A stretch of DNA of 60,796 nt, the filler included. It is 5 parts of 5 records of this genome, joined end to end, with 100 filler letters (N's around TTAATTAATTAA, not from the genome) between each part and the next. Parts side by side here need not be neighbours in the genome. Positions count along the whole stretch, not along the records: positions 11,645 to 33,434 come from SRR31156797_4895; 4 more parts are not named here. One strand, 5' to 3'. Position 1 is the first letter of the stretch; every line of letters begins with the position of its first letter. Both the position numbers and the translations under genes were made by a program. Under the pieces are notes generated by a model that had not been told where the DNA came from, ran no database searches, and saw only the letters and a list, made by a program, of their open reading frames with translations. This document shows, in pieces, positions 17,115-27,830 of this stretch.

Positions 17115-19052
17115 CTAATATCTTTTTCCAATAAATTTTACAATTAAAAATAGAATTGTAAAGCCCAGTGGAATTAAAAGCCATGAAGAGACTCCGTAAG
17201 CGGCAGGTAATAAACCGGCAAAAATAGCAACAGATCCAACGGTTAATGCATAAGGTAGTTGGGTTCTGACGTGTTCTATATGATTACATGAACTTGCTAA
17301 AGAGCTAAGAATAGTGGTATCTGATATCGGCGAACAATGATCACCTAAAACTGATCCTGCAAGAATAGCAGAAACCGTTATATAGAAAATATTCATACTC
17401 TCAATGTCATTCATTCCAGCGGAGTGACAAAGAGCCCAGGAAGCTGGCAATATTAAAGGATAAAGAATAGCCATCGTACCCCAGGATGAGCCTGTTGAAA
17501 AAGCAATTAAAGCAGATAATATAAATGTAAATGTAGGCAAGAATTCAGGTGGAACATCTGTGGCAATTAATAAATTGGATATAAAATCAGCAGTATGCAT
17601 ATCTTTTGTAATATCAGCCAGCGCCCAAGCCAAAATTAAAATAAGTATTGCTGTAAGCATAGTTTTAAAACCACTTACCAACGCATCAATGGTTTTTTTA
17701 AGGTTTAAAATACCTTGACTAATACTTAATGCTGCAGCTACCAAGACAGCAGAAAGTGATGACCACAATAAGGCTAAATAGGAATCGGAAGATCCAATGA
17801 TATGGGATAGTTTGGTGCCAAATGCTATATTTGAATCGTTCCAAATAGTTGTATCCCAACCTGTATATATTAATCCTGCAAAAGTTCCTAATATTACTAT
17901 TAATACAGGAATTCCAGCATTGTACCAACGTGTTGGTATATTTTCTGATATATGGATGCTTTCTTCTTCATTTAATTTTTCTTTTGAGACTATATTTTCA
18001 GGATTTCGTTCACTGGTTCGACTTCTTTTTTCAGCTTTATACATTGGACCAAAATCCCTTTTCATAATAACTAACATTAGAATGAAAAATAGGGTAAAGA
18101 AAGGATAAAAGCGGGTCGGCAATGAATTCAAAAATATACTATAAGGACTTTCGTCGATATTTATTTGAGTGGTAGCTGATTGAATGTAACTCAACTCAAT
18201 TCCAATCCAGGTTGTAATCATGGCAATAGATGCAACAGGAGCAGCTGTAGAATCAACAATATAAGCCAATTTTTCTCTTGAGATTTTCAACTTATCTGTT
18301 ACAGGTCTCATTGTATTGCCAACTACCAAGGTATTTGCATAGTCATCAAAGAAAATAAGTACGCCCAATATCCAGGTAACAAATTGTCCTGATCGGTGAC
18401 TGTTTGCAAATTTTGATAGTTTATTTACTACTCCTTGCATACCTCCATTTTTTGTAATAAGGTTTACCATAGCACCTATTAACATTGAAAATACAATTAT
18501 TGATATATGACCTGAGTCGGTTAAAGATTGAATGATATAGGTATCGGAAATGGCAAATATTGCTTTAAAAAATGCAGTTAAAATTGATCCTTCTTGGAAG
18601 GTGTAAATAATTAAAGTGCCAGAAAATAAGCCTACAAATAATGCTGAAAACACTTCCTTAAATAACAAAGCCATTACAATGGCAATTAAAGGAGGTAATA
18701 TCGACATCCATAAGGGGATGGCTGAAAAGGATTTGGATTGTTCTAGATTGTATATTTGAACATTCACTTGCTGTTTTCCTTTAAAAACAAATGGAATATG
18801 AATGTTGTTTTTAGTTGGAACGAGCTTAAAATGTTTTTGATTGACGAATACTTCTAAACTGTCATTTGTATTTTGCCATTCTTGATCAAGTAGAATTTTA
18901 ATTTCAGAATTTATGTCGGCAACTATTATTTTCGGCAATTCTATTTCAAAAGATGTAATTTGCTTTTTGGGTTGAATTGTAGAGGAAAAAACATAGTGAA
19001 AATTGGACAATAAAAATAGAAGGAGTATAGTTTGGGTTAAGTATTTGTACAT
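17115..19052 (-). CDS. NhaC-family Na+/H+ antiporter with N-terminal soluble extension
   Basis: IFFDDYAN, SREKLAYIVDSTAAP, FSTGSSWGT, GDHCSPISDTTILSS. Confidence 0.9.
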   Translation of the reverse strand: MYKYLTQTILLLFLLSNFHYVFSSTIQPKKQITSFEIELPKIIVADINSEIKILLDQEWQNTNDSLEVFVNQKHFKLVPTKNNIHIPFVFKGKQQVNVQIYNLEQSKSFSAIPLWMSILPPLIAIVMALLFKEVFSALFVGLFSGTLIIYTFQEGSILTAFFKAIFAISDTYIIQSLTDSGHISIIVFSMLIGAMVNLITKNGGMQGVVNKLSKFANSHRSGQFVTWILGVLIFFDDYANTLVVGNTMRPVTDKLKISREKLAYIVDSTAAPVASIAMITTWIGIELSYIQSATTQINIDESPYSIFLNSLPTRFYPFFTLFFILMLVIMKRDFGPMYKAEKRSRTSERNPENIVSKEKLNEEESIHISENIPTRWYNAGIPVLIVILGTFAGLIYTGWDTTIWNDSNIAFGTKLSHIIGSSDSYLALLWSSLSAVLVAAALSISQGILNLKKTIDALVSGFKTMLTAILILILAWALADITKDMHTADFISNLLIATDVPPEFLPTFTFILSALIAFSTGSSWGTMAILYPLILPASWALCHSAGMNDIESMNIFYITVSAILAGSVLGDHCSPISDTTILSSLASSCNHIEHVRTQLPYALTVGSVAIFAGLLPAAYGVSSWLLIPLGFTILFLIVKFIGKRY

Positions 19053-19207
19053 GGTATAGGTATTTTAATAGGATGAAATAAATATACCCATTTTGTTTAC
19101 TTTATGCTAATAAAATTTACTTATAGCTTAAGATGTTTGCATTATGAAATTCTTTTTTTCTTTGGTAAAATTGGTTATTTTGTAATCAGGAACTTAATTT
19201 AATAGGT

Positions 19208-19798
19208 GTGGACGAAACTTCAGATTTTTTTAGAATCGATAACAATAATATTGATCCGGAAAAGGGAAAAATACTAATAGCTGAACCTTTTTTAGAAGGA
19301 CGTTATTTCAAACGATCCATTATTCTATTAGCAGAGTTCAATGAAGATGGAGCAGTTGGTTTTGTTCTAAATAAGCCAATAAATTTATCGGTAGATGAGG
19401 TTTTAATTAATATCGCTCATTTTGATGGTGATGTTTTTATTGGCGGACCTGTTGATACCAATCGAATTTACTATATACACACCATTCCGAAGTTGATACC
19501 AAACAGCATTCATATTTTTGATAATTTATACTGGGGAGGAGATTTTACGGTTTTAAAAGACCTGATTGAAGAAAAAAAAGTATTGCCACATCAGGTTCGT
19601 TTTTTTGCAGGATATGCCGGATGGAGCAAAGGTCAGCTAGCTGAAGAAATAAAGGAGAATTCGTGGTTGGTTAGCCAAACGAATGTTGACAAAATTATGA
19701 ATTTGAAGAATGAGAATTTGTGGGAAGAGTGTTTAAGAAATTTGGGCGGGAAATATAGAATGTGGTCCAATTTCCCGGAAAACCCAAGTATGAATTAA
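19208..19798 (+). CDS. YqgE/AlgH family protein
   Basis: GFVLNKP, GGPV, GYAGW..GQL..EI, PENPSMN. Confidence 0.9.
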   Translation: MDETSDFFRIDNNNIDPEKGKILIAEPFLEGRYFKRSIILLAEFNEDGAVGFVLNKPINLSVDEVLINIAHFDGDVFIGGPVDTNRIYYIHTIPKLIPNSIHIFDNLYWGGDFTVLKDLIEEKKVLPHQVRFFAGYAGWSKGQLAEEIKENSWLVSQTNVDKIMNLKNENLWEECLRNLGGKYRMWSNFPENPSMN

Positions 19799-20649
19799 GC
19801 ACCAAAAGCTGTTCTGTTCAATTCCTCGATTAAAAGTTTAGCCGTTTTATTAAAAAACCTTCTTTCCTGAAAAGCTACAACCCATTTGATACCAGTAATT
19901 GCATTGGTAAGAAAAATCTCATCTGCTTGAAGCAAATCATCAACGGATAAATCGCAATCATCGTAAATTGTTATCCCCAGTTTAATTGCTGCTTCTATAA
20001 TTTGCTCTCGCATTATTCCTGAAACCGCACCACTATCGATACCTGGTGTTAAAAGAATATTATCTTTTACAATAAACAGATTGGAGCTAATGCTTTCAAC
20101 AAGATTTCCTCTTTCGTTTAGCAACAAGCAATCATCTAATTTCAATTTCTTTTTATAATTTCCAGCCATAATAAACAGAAGCGAATTTCCTGTCTTGAAC
20201 TGTGAAATAATTCCAGTTGGTTTTTTGATATCCTTATAAATATCAATTTGTAATCCTTTTTTATTAAGATGGTAATTATCGTGATTCAGACGAGAAGTCT
20301 CAATTAAATAGGAAATATTATTGTCAGTAGGAGTGTACAATCCACCATCATTTCTAAATACAGATAAGCGAATTCGTGTTCCGCTAAAAGTTTTATTTTT
20401 ATTGATTAAATAAGTAATATCTGTACGAATTTTTTCTTTAAAATTGGAAGGATAAACCATACCAATAGTTCTCATTGCCTTTGAAATTCGATTCAGGTGT
20501 TGATCTAGAAATTGAATTTCGGTGCCGTTGGCATGTATGGTTTCAAATAGCGAGTCTCCATACTTAAAAGCTCTGTTTTGAGCGCTAAAAATAGCTTCGT
20601 TTTTTAAAAACAATTCTCCGTTGAGACTGATGTATTCCTCAGATTTCAT
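19795..20649 (-). CDS. Aminotransferase class IV (PabC/ADC-lyase-like)
   Basis: NRAFKYGDSLFET, ESISSNLF, GIMR, ADEIFLTNA. Confidence 0.85.
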   Translation of the reverse strand: MKSEEYISLNGELFLKNEAIFSAQNRAFKYGDSLFETIHANGTEIQFLDQHLNRISKAMRTIGMVYPSNFKEKIRTDITYLINKNKTFSGTRIRLSVFRNDGGLYTPTDNNISYLIETSRLNHDNYHLNKKGLQIDIYKDIKKPTGIISQFKTGNSLLFIMAGNYKKKLKLDDCLLLNERGNLVESISSNLFIVKDNILLTPGIDSGAVSGIMREQIIEAAIKLGITIYDDCDLSVDDLLQADEIFLTNAITGIKWVVAFQERRFFNKTAKLLIEELNRTAFGA

Positions 20650-20650
20650 A

Positions 20651-21148
20651 TTAAATATCTCCTCTTAGAATTTGATCGCAATACTTACTAATATTCTCGT
20701 TAGCATCAACTTTAATGCCTTTTACACCAGCAGCTTCAGATGCTTGCTTGTCTCTGGGACTATCTCCAATCATATAAGATTTTTCCTTATCGATGTCAAA
20801 CTCATTTATTGCCTGCTGAAAGAAATAGGGGCTTGGTTTACGACATTGACAAGCAGCTACACTATCGTGATGAGGACAAAAGTAGATTTTCTCGATTTTA
20901 ATATTCTCCTTTTCCAGAATACATAGTAGGTGATTGTGAACTTTGTTTACATCTTCTTTTGTATAAATACCTTTAGCCACTCCTCCCTGATTGGTAACAA
21001 TGAACAATAGGTAACCAGCCTCAGAGAATTTTTTCAAAGAAGGAATTATACCTTCATTAATAAGAAAATCTTCAACACGGTAGATGTAATAATGACCAAT
21101 ATCAGAGTTTATTACTCCGTCTCGATCAAGAAATATAGCTTTTTGCAT
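20651..21148 (-). CDS. gmhB: HAD-IIIA phosphatase, GmhB-like
   Basis: FLDRDGVIN, VTNQGG, CPHH..CxCRKP, MIGD. Confidence 0.8.
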   Translation of the reverse strand: MQKAIFLDRDGVINSDIGHYYIYRVEDFLINEGIIPSLKKFSEAGYLLFIVTNQGGVAKGIYTKEDVNKVHNHLLCILEKENIKIEKIYFCPHHDSVAACQCRKPSPYFFQQAINEFDIDKEKSYMIGDSPRDKQASEAAGVKGIKVDANENISKYCDQILRGDI

Positions 21149-21151
21149 GTT

Positions 21152-21757
21152 CTAAAAATTGAGAATCTTCTGCAAAAATACTGAGAATAATTGTGGATTA
21201 AGGAGGATTGGAAAGAGAAATCCAAACAAGGCACCATAGAAATGGGCACTGTGACCGATATTATCAATATTTTTTTTGCCCATGTAATAGGAATAATAAA
21301 GATAAGCAGCTCCAAAAATAATACCTGGAATAGGTATCACAAAAAATAAATATACGGGTTGCAATGGAGCAAAAAATATAGTTGCAAATACAACTGCAGA
21401 GGTTGCACCAGAGGCTCCAACAGCATTATAGTGATAATGTTCCCGATGTTTTCTTAAATCGTATAAAGTGGATATGACAATGGCACTTAAATACAAAGTG
21501 AAAAAATAGAACACTCCTGCAGATCCAAAATTATCAGTAAGGTAGTATTCTATGGCATCACCAAAAAAATAGAGGACGATCATATTTACCAATAAGTGAT
21601 CCCAATTTGCATGTAAAAAACCATAGGTAATTAATCGGTACCATTGATTTCTTTTTAGAATTTGATACGCATTAAACTGATATTTGTACAGTAATTCATT
21701 GTTTTTAAATGCTGCAATCGAAGTTAAAACTGTAATGGCAATTATTATAATGGTCAT
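21152..21757 (-). CDS. Rhomboid intramembrane serine protease
   Basis: WYR, H...HLLVNM, GASG, AHFYG. Confidence 0.92.
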   Translation of the reverse strand: MTIIIIAITVLTSIAAFKNNELLYKYQFNAYQILKRNQWYRLITYGFLHANWDHLLVNMIVLYFFGDAIEYYLTDNFGSAGVFYFFTLYLSAIVISTLYDLRKHREHYHYNAVGASGATSAVVFATIFFAPLQPVYLFFVIPIPGIIFGAAYLYYSYYMGKKNIDNIGHSAHFYGALFGFLFPILLNPQLFSVFLQKILNF

Positions 21758-21768
21758 ATATTTCTTTC

Positions 21769-23850
21769 TTAAAATGCTTCGACAAGTTTCACTGTAAGTG
21801 CCGATCTTCCTTGATCGTAACCTGCCGATTTGTATTGAACTCTATTATTGGTTATCCCTTTTGAAACAATATATTCAGATGCTTTTTTTGCTCTTTCTAA
21901 ACTTAGGCTTTTATTTTCTCTCTTCCCTAGATCTGAATTGGTGCAACCAATTATTTCTATTGCAATATTAGGATTTACTTTTAACAAACCCGCCAAATTA
22001 TTTAATTCATTTATTGTGTGTTCTCCTAAATTTGAAGAACCATTTTCAAATTCTACACCATATAGCTGCATCAATTCGTTTCGATTGAATTTTTGAAGTT
22101 CAATTTGCTCATATTTGTCTGATGTATATCTGTAATTGTTTAAGACTTTTGTGAAATAACCTTCTTTATAGATGATAATGTCATATGATTTTGAAGGATC
22201 CATCTCTTTTTCAAAATCACCATAATCATCCGATTCGCAGAAACTATTGATTTTATAAGTTTGATTGATAATTTCAACACTCGCATTTTCAACCGATCGA
22301 CCAGTATACTGATTAATTATGCTACCCTTGAATATTACCCAAGGAGTTTGTTCCATTGCAATATTTAATTGTTTGGTGTTTTTGGTTTGGTTGGCGAAAT
22401 ATAAAATTCGTTTGGTTTTGTAACCAGGTTTACTCACTATTAAGCTGTAATTTTTCCCTTTATAAATGTCCAGATTAAAAATGCCTTTCTCATTGGTAAG
22501 ATCAATTTTTTCTTTCGAGAGATTATCAATAAGAACAACTTCGACACTATCTAAGGCTTGTTTGTTTTTAACATCTACAATTCTGCCTTTTAGAATTTTA
22601 ATTTTATCCGGATTGCGCTCAAATAAGAAAATATCATCGTTTCCATCTCTATTGGAAGAAAAATAGCCCATTTCTTTATTTGCTTCGATAAGATATGCGA
22701 AATCATCTTTTTGAGAATTAAAAGGAGGACCTAAATTGATTGGGTAGGTCCATTCGTTTTGAGTAAATGTAGTTTTAAAGATATCTAAACCACCAAAACC
22801 AATATGACCATCGGATGCAAAATACAAATAGTTATCAGCTGCAATAAACGGAAACATTTCGTTTCCGGAAGTATTTACAGCAGGACCAAGATTAATTGGT
22901 TTACTCCAAACAAAGCCTAATTTTCTACATACATAAATGTCAGTTCCTCCATATCCACCTTTCATATTCGATATGAAATAAAGGTTTCTACCGTCAGGAG
23001 AAATGCTTGGATGTCCTATTGAATAGTTTTGTCCTGAGAAGAGAAACAATTCTGGTTTGTCCCACGATTTGCCATTAAAACGAGCAGTATAGATATTTAA
23101 TTCCGACTTTCCCTCTAAATTTAAATTCCCTTTGTTTCGAGTGAAGTAAACGAATTTTTCGTTGGGAGTAAAACAAGCTGGTCCTTCGTGGTATTTTGTG
23201 TTGAATGCGCCATTGAAAGGAACTGGCGAAAGAAACTTTTCATCGCTTCTTTCAGAATAATACAAGTCTAAATAATGCTCACCAGTTCTACCATCTTTTG
23301 TTCTGGATGTTTCATTTGGTCGTCCCGATACAATTACCAACCCATCTTTAAATAGTGCAGATGGAAAATCGGATTGTGGTGTATTTATATTTAGAGAACT
23401 GACAGTGTACAATTCCTGATCTTCTAATTCTTTTAAACGTTTACAAGACAGTATGAGACTGGCAATATTTTCATCCTTTGGATTGTGTTTGATGTATTTG
23501 TTATACCAGATTAAAGCTTCAGTATAGTTTCTGTTTTTTTTTAATAAATTGGCATACATCAGAAAATCTTTTGAGTCAGCATTTTCTTGACCAACCAAAT
23601 TTTCTATTAAGTTAATTGCTTTAGCATCATTATTGGTTTGAATGTAGCAGTAAGCAAGCTTTCTTTTTACATCGATATCATTTGTAGATTCAAGTACCTT
23701 CTTGTAATAATATTCGGCATTTGAATATTCTTCATTATTGAAAAAACGATCGCCTTTTTGTACAACTTGACTTTGGGCAAAAATACTAAAGTTTCCTGCC
23801 AAAATTAGAAGTGTTGCAAATAGAAAATTCAATCCCGGTTTACTGTTCAT
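21769..23850 (-). CDS. PorE-like TPR-PD40-CRD-OmpA_C protein
   Basis: TPR helices; PD40 repeats (GGYGGTDIY, GFGGLDIF); OmpA-like C-terminus; follows porP-like gene. Confidence 0.85.
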   Translation of the reverse strand: MNSKPGLNFLFATLLILAGNFSIFAQSQVVQKGDRFFNNEEYSNAEYYYKKVLESTNDIDVKRKLAYCYIQTNNDAKAINLIENLVGQENADSKDFLMYANLLKKNRNYTEALIWYNKYIKHNPKDENIASLILSCKRLKELEDQELYTVSSLNINTPQSDFPSALFKDGLVIVSGRPNETSRTKDGRTGEHYLDLYYSERSDEKFLSPVPFNGAFNTKYHEGPACFTPNEKFVYFTRNKGNLNLEGKSELNIYTARFNGKSWDKPELFLFSGQNYSIGHPSISPDGRNLYFISNMKGGYGGTDIYVCRKLGFVWSKPINLGPAVNTSGNEMFPFIAADNYLYFASDGHIGFGGLDIFKTTFTQNEWTYPINLGPPFNSQKDDFAYLIEANKEMGYFSSNRDGNDDIFLFERNPDKIKILKGRIVDVKNKQALDSVEVVLIDNLSKEKIDLTNEKGIFNLDIYKGKNYSLIVSKPGYKTKRILYFANQTKNTKQLNIAMEQTPWVIFKGSIINQYTGRSVENASVEIINQTYKINSFCESDDYGDFEKEMDPSKSYDIIIYKEGYFTKVLNNYRYTSDKYEQIELQKFNRNELMQLYGVEFENGSSNLGEHTINELNNLAGLLKVNPNIAIEIIGCTNSDLGKRENKSLSLERAKKASEYIVSKGITNNRVQYKSAGYDQGRSALTVKLVEAF

Positions 23851-23855
23851 AGTCC

Positions 23856-24809
23856 TTAGAAATAACGAGGTGAAGTAATTCGGCTCTTTTTTAATGATAG
23901 ATTGTAATTTAATATTATTTCATGATTTGTGAAGCCTTTTGAATGATATTTTCCAAAATATTTTTCATAAGAATATGAAAATCTTAGTTTTTGACTTAAT
24001 TGATATCCTAACAATCCAGCCCAGGAATCATCAGTTCTGTATCCAGCTCCAATCGATACTCCTGATCTGTGCAAAAATTCAAGATTAACATTAGCAATAG
24101 CCTTACCCGAATGTTGTTTTACTAATAATAGTGATGGTGCTAATTTCAATTCATGATTTAAATCCATTTTGGTACCTGCACCTACATAGAATGGGATATT
24201 TTTAACTTCTAATTTCATATTTTCAGAAAAACCTTCTGTTGATGGTTGATCGTTGGATAACAATCGGGGAGCAGAAAATCCTACATAGAATTTTGGAGTA
24301 TAGTAGTAAAAACCTATCCCAAAGTTAGGAACCCAAGTTGAAACATCCTGATCTGGAAAAGCAGGGTCATCAGGCGAAGGAAAATTGGGATCAAAAGTGG
24401 TTAATTCAGTCCATTTAATTTGCTTGTTAATAACTCCAGCCTGGATTCCCATTGATAAAATTCCCTCATAACTTATTTGAAGGTGATAGGCATAGTTTAG
24501 AAAAATGGCATTGTCTTTCTGAATTCCAAAGCTGTTATTGTAAACAACTGCACCTAAACCAAAATTGGTGTGGTTTATAGGGGCTTGAATTGAAACTACA
24601 GCAGTTTCAGGAGAGCCTTCAACATCAACCCATTGATTTCTGTAGGCTAAAACAGCTTCCATAAACTGGCTACTTCCAGCATAGGCAGGATTGTAAAAAA
24701 GACGATTATATGTATAATTTGAAAAACGGATGTCTTCCTGTGCCACTGAGTTTTCAATGGATAAAAGTAAACATCCGATATATAATACAGTTCTTAAAGT
24801 TCGGTTCAT
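23856..24809 (-). CDS. T9SS membrane protein, PorP/SprF family
   Basis: YNPAYAG, YRNQW...GSP, GAGYR, YSYE, HEI, SPRYF terminus. Confidence 0.92.
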   Translation of the reverse strand: MNRTLRTVLYIGCLLLSIENSVAQEDIRFSNYTYNRLFYNPAYAGSSQFMEAVLAYRNQWVDVEGSPETAVVSIQAPINHTNFGLGAVVYNNSFGIQKDNAIFLNYAYHLQISYEGILSMGIQAGVINKQIKWTELTTFDPNFPSPDDPAFPDQDVSTWVPNFGIGFYYYTPKFYVGFSAPRLLSNDQPSTEGFSENMKLEVKNIPFYVGAGTKMDLNHELKLAPSLLLVKQHSGKAIANVNLEFLHRSGVSIGAGYRTDDSWAGLLGYQLSQKLRFSYSYEKYFGKYHSKGFTNHEIILNYNLSLKKSRITSPRYF

Positions 24810-24811
24810 TC

Positions 24812-25483
24812 TCAGTATTTAACAACGATATAACCACTTTTTACATACTCTTTATCTTTAATAATTAACTTAAAGAAATAGGTTCCTTTGGGCAGTTTGT
24901 CACCAGGACCAAGTTTAACCCCGGTGCTGTTATAGCCACCATCCCAGGCATCTTGGTTACTGTAGTTTCTTTTTTCAAAAACTTTTGTCCCCCAGCGTGA
25001 GAAAACGATAAATTCGTTTTCGGGATAGTTTTCGATACCCTTGATGTAAAATTTGTCGTTAATGTTATCGTTGTTAGGCGAAAACGAAGAAGGTATAAAC
25101 AATTCAACTTGATTGGGATCTAACACATTTACCAAAATCAAAGCTTTATCGCACTGATTGGCTGCATTACACACTTCATAGTAAATGGTATCCGTACCAA
25201 AACTCATTTCGTAAGGATAATAAACCATTAGAGTATTATCTTCTATCAAATAAGCCTTTCCAAATTGATCTGTTTGTTTAAGAATGCTCGTTTCAATATC
25301 TCCATTATCTGATATTTTATCATTCTTAAGAAAATCAATTTCAATATAAACCACTTCATTGTTTGAACTTAGATTCGTAATAGATACGGTATCGTTACGT
25401 ACAATGGGTGATTGCCCGAAACTTGCTTGTGCGCTAAGCAAAAGTACAAGTAGTAGTAGGTGAATGGGTAAATTTACTCTCAT
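24812..25483 (-). CDS. Small T9SS cargo with type-B (gliding-motility-associated) CTD
   Basis: Signal peptide; one Ig-like repeat (GTDTIYYEVC); IPSSFSPNNDNINDKF..FSRWG..WDG..GTYF. Confidence 0.88.
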   Translation of the reverse strand: MRVNLPIHLLLLVLLLSAQASFGQSPIVRNDTVSITNLSSNNEVVYIEIDFLKNDKISDNGDIETSILKQTDQFGKAYLIEDNTLMVYYPYEMSFGTDTIYYEVCNAANQCDKALILVNVLDPNQVELFIPSSFSPNNDNINDKFYIKGIENYPENEFIVFSRWGTKVFEKRNYSNQDAWDGGYNSTGVKLGPGDKLPKGTYFFKLIIKDKEYVKSGYIVVKY

Positions 25484-25530
25484 ATTAGGGTATTGCGTAC
25501 AACTTAAGTTTTTTTAATGTTACGCTGCCT

Positions 25531-26532
25531 CTAATGGAGAATCTTAAAAATTAATTCTTTTAATAAATCTCCATGTTTGGTACTTACATCGCCATATCCT
25601 TTCGATTTTAAATCGTACTCCCGCAACATCTCAATAATTGATACCAATTTCTTGGGATTGTATTTTGCCGAAGCTTGTTTATAATCTTTTACGAAATACG
25701 GATTGATTCGTAAGCTTGAAGCAACAACTTTTTCATTTGTTTTATTTTTTATAAAATAATACTTCAAAACTTTGGAGAAATACGAGTGCAATAGGGCAAT
25801 GGTTACAACCATTGGATGATTTTTTTCGTTTGTCGAAAAGAAATTTATGATTTGATTGGCTTTAAGTACATCTTTTTTACCTAATGCATTTTGGAGCTCA
25901 AAATTGTTGTAATCCTTTGATATACCGATATTTTTCTCGATGTCATCAGGAGTAATTGTGCTTCTGTTGGTAATATTTATGGTTAACTTTTCAAGGGCAT
26001 TAGTTATTTTGCCTAAATCGTTACCTAAAAACTCGGCAAGAAGGAATGCTCCTTTTGTATCTATATTGTATTTTAATCCTGATGCATATTTTTTTATCCA
26101 ATCAGGAACCTGATTATCATAGATTTTTTTGGATTCAAAAAGTACTCCATTTTGAGCGACTTCCTTGGTGAAATTCTTTCTTTTATCTAATGATTTGTAT
26201 TTGTAATTGATCACCAGAATAGTAGATTTCAAAGGATTCTTAACATAGGAAGATAATTGATCGATATTCTTAATATTTTGAGCCTCTCGAATCACTACCA
26301 GCTGTTTTTCAGCCATCATAGGAAAACGTCTTGCTGTTGTCACAATGGTTCCTATATCAGTATCCTTGCCATAAAGAATGGTCTGATTAAAGTCCCGTTC
26401 CGATTCAGCAAGTGCATTTTCAATAATGTAATCGGTAATTTTATCAATGAAAAAACTTTCATCTCCCATTAAAAAATAGACAGGAGCGTACTCTTTCTTT
26501 TTAAGGCTTCGTAATATATCTTCGTAAGTCAT
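25531..26532 (-). CDS. holA: DNA polymerase III delta subunit
   Basis: PVYFLMGDE, DFNQTILYG, RFPMM, IGISKDYNNFEL. Confidence 0.93.
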   Translation of the reverse strand: MTYEDILRSLKKKEYAPVYFLMGDESFFIDKITDYIIENALAESERDFNQTILYGKDTDIGTIVTTARRFPMMAEKQLVVIREAQNIKNIDQLSSYVKNPLKSTILVINYKYKSLDKRKNFTKEVAQNGVLFESKKIYDNQVPDWIKKYASGLKYNIDTKGAFLLAEFLGNDLGKITNALEKLTINITNRSTITPDDIEKNIGISKDYNNFELQNALGKKDVLKANQIINFFSTNEKNHPMVVTIALLHSYFSKVLKYYFIKNKTNEKVVASSLRINPYFVKDYKQASAKYNPKKLVSIIEMLREYDLKSKGYGDVSTKHGDLLKELIFKILH

Positions 26533-26542
26533 TTTGCTGATC

Positions 26543-27313
26543 TTAAAATCTAAGGTGTTTTACCGATTGACGATTATGCATGATTTCTTTTAAAGCTTCA
26601 ATTCCCACTTCTAAATGTTCATTTACGAAATTATCGGTAACATCAGCATCACTTTTATCTGTTTTAACGCCCTCTGAAATCATTGGTTGATCCGATACTA
26701 AAAGCAAAGCTCCAACAGGAATTTCATTGTAAAAACCGACTGTAAATATGGTTGCCGTTTCCATATCTATTGCCATAGCTCTTGTTTTGGTCAGATATTT
26801 TTTAAAACGTTCGTCGTATTCCCACACTCTTTTATTTGTAGTAAATACAGTTCCAGTATAGTAATCTTTATTTCTATCGGATATTACCTGAGAAACTGCC
26901 ATTTGAAGACTGTAGGCAGGTAATGCCGGTACTTCAGGTGGTAAATAGTCGTTTGATGTTCCTTCGCTTCTAATAGCTGCTATCGGCAGAATAAGATCTC
27001 CTAATTTGTTCTTTCTTTTCAAGCCTCCACATTTACCTAAAAACAATACTCCTTTAGGTTTAATTGCGCTCAACAAATCTAAAACTGTCGCAGCATTCGG
27101 ACTGCCCATTCCAAAATTTATAATTGTTATTCCATTTGCAGAGGCATTTGGCATTGCCTTATCTTCACCCACAATTTCACAATTATGCCATTCAGCAAAC
27201 AACTCAACGTAATGGTTGAAGTTGGTCAATAGAATATAGGGTGTAAAATCTGCAAGTTCTCTTCCTGTATATCTGGATAACCAGTTTTTAACAATTTCTT
27301 CTTTAGTCTTCAT
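26543..27313 (-). CDS. AMP nucleosidase (Bacteroidota type)
   Basis: NFGMGSPNAA, LGKCGG, AIRSEGTS, DMETAT. Confidence 0.9.
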   Translation of the reverse strand: MKTKEEIVKNWLSRYTGRELADFTPYILLTNFNHYVELFAEWHNCEIVGEDKAMPNASANGITIINFGMGSPNAATVLDLLSAIKPKGVLFLGKCGGLKRKNKLGDLILPIAAIRSEGTSNDYLPPEVPALPAYSLQMAVSQVISDRNKDYYTGTVFTTNKRVWEYDERFKKYLTKTRAMAIDMETATIFTVGFYNEIPVGALLLVSDQPMISEGVKTDKSDADVTDNFVNEHLEVGIEALKEIMHNRQSVKHLRF

Positions 27314-27371
27314 TTGGTGGAGTAATTTAAATAGGAATAATCTTGTACCTTTAGCCTGTTAATGGCTTTTT

Positions 27372-27830
27372 ATGGAAAACTTAAATTTACCAACTTATTC
27401 CTTCAAAATAAAATCTGAGCTGCAAAGAAAACTAATTTTTGACAGTATTCGAAAGAAGTATATTGTATTAACACCTGAAGAATGGGTGAGACAAAATTTC
27501 ATTCGATATTTGATTGAAGAAAAAGGTTATCCTGCATCATTAATCGCGGTAGAGAAAAAGGTAGATGTCAATCTTTTACCACAACGTAGCGATATCGTTT
27601 TATACAATAGCAATGCAAATCCGGTGATGATAGTTGAATGTAAATCTGCTAAAATTAAAATTACGCAGGATGTGTTCAATCAGGTTGCAAGATACAATAT
27701 GAAACTTAGAGTTCCATTTTTAGTAGTGACGAATGGACTAAGACATTTTTGCTGTTATATGGATTATGAGAAGAAGAGTTTTCATTTTTTGGAAGATATT
27801 CCTGACTACAAAACCATTAAAGATCTCTGA
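27372..27830 (+). CDS. HsdR N-terminal-domain protein (stand-alone)
   Basis: LTPEEWVRQ, D..IVECK, Q..RYN, TNG. Confidence 0.88.
   Translation: MENLNLPTYSFKIKSELQRKLIFDSIRKKYIVLTPEEWVRQNFIRYLIEEKGYPASLIAVEKKVDVNLLPQRSDIVLYNSNANPVMIVECKSAKIKITQDVFNQVARYNMKLRVPFLVVTNGLRHFCCYMDYEKKSFHFLEDIPDYKTIKDL

Noticed and set aside
27372-27830. Type I restriction-modification system
   Set aside because: Only a stand-alone HsdR_N domain in its usual position near holA and AMP nucleosidase; no hsdM, hsdS or helicase.
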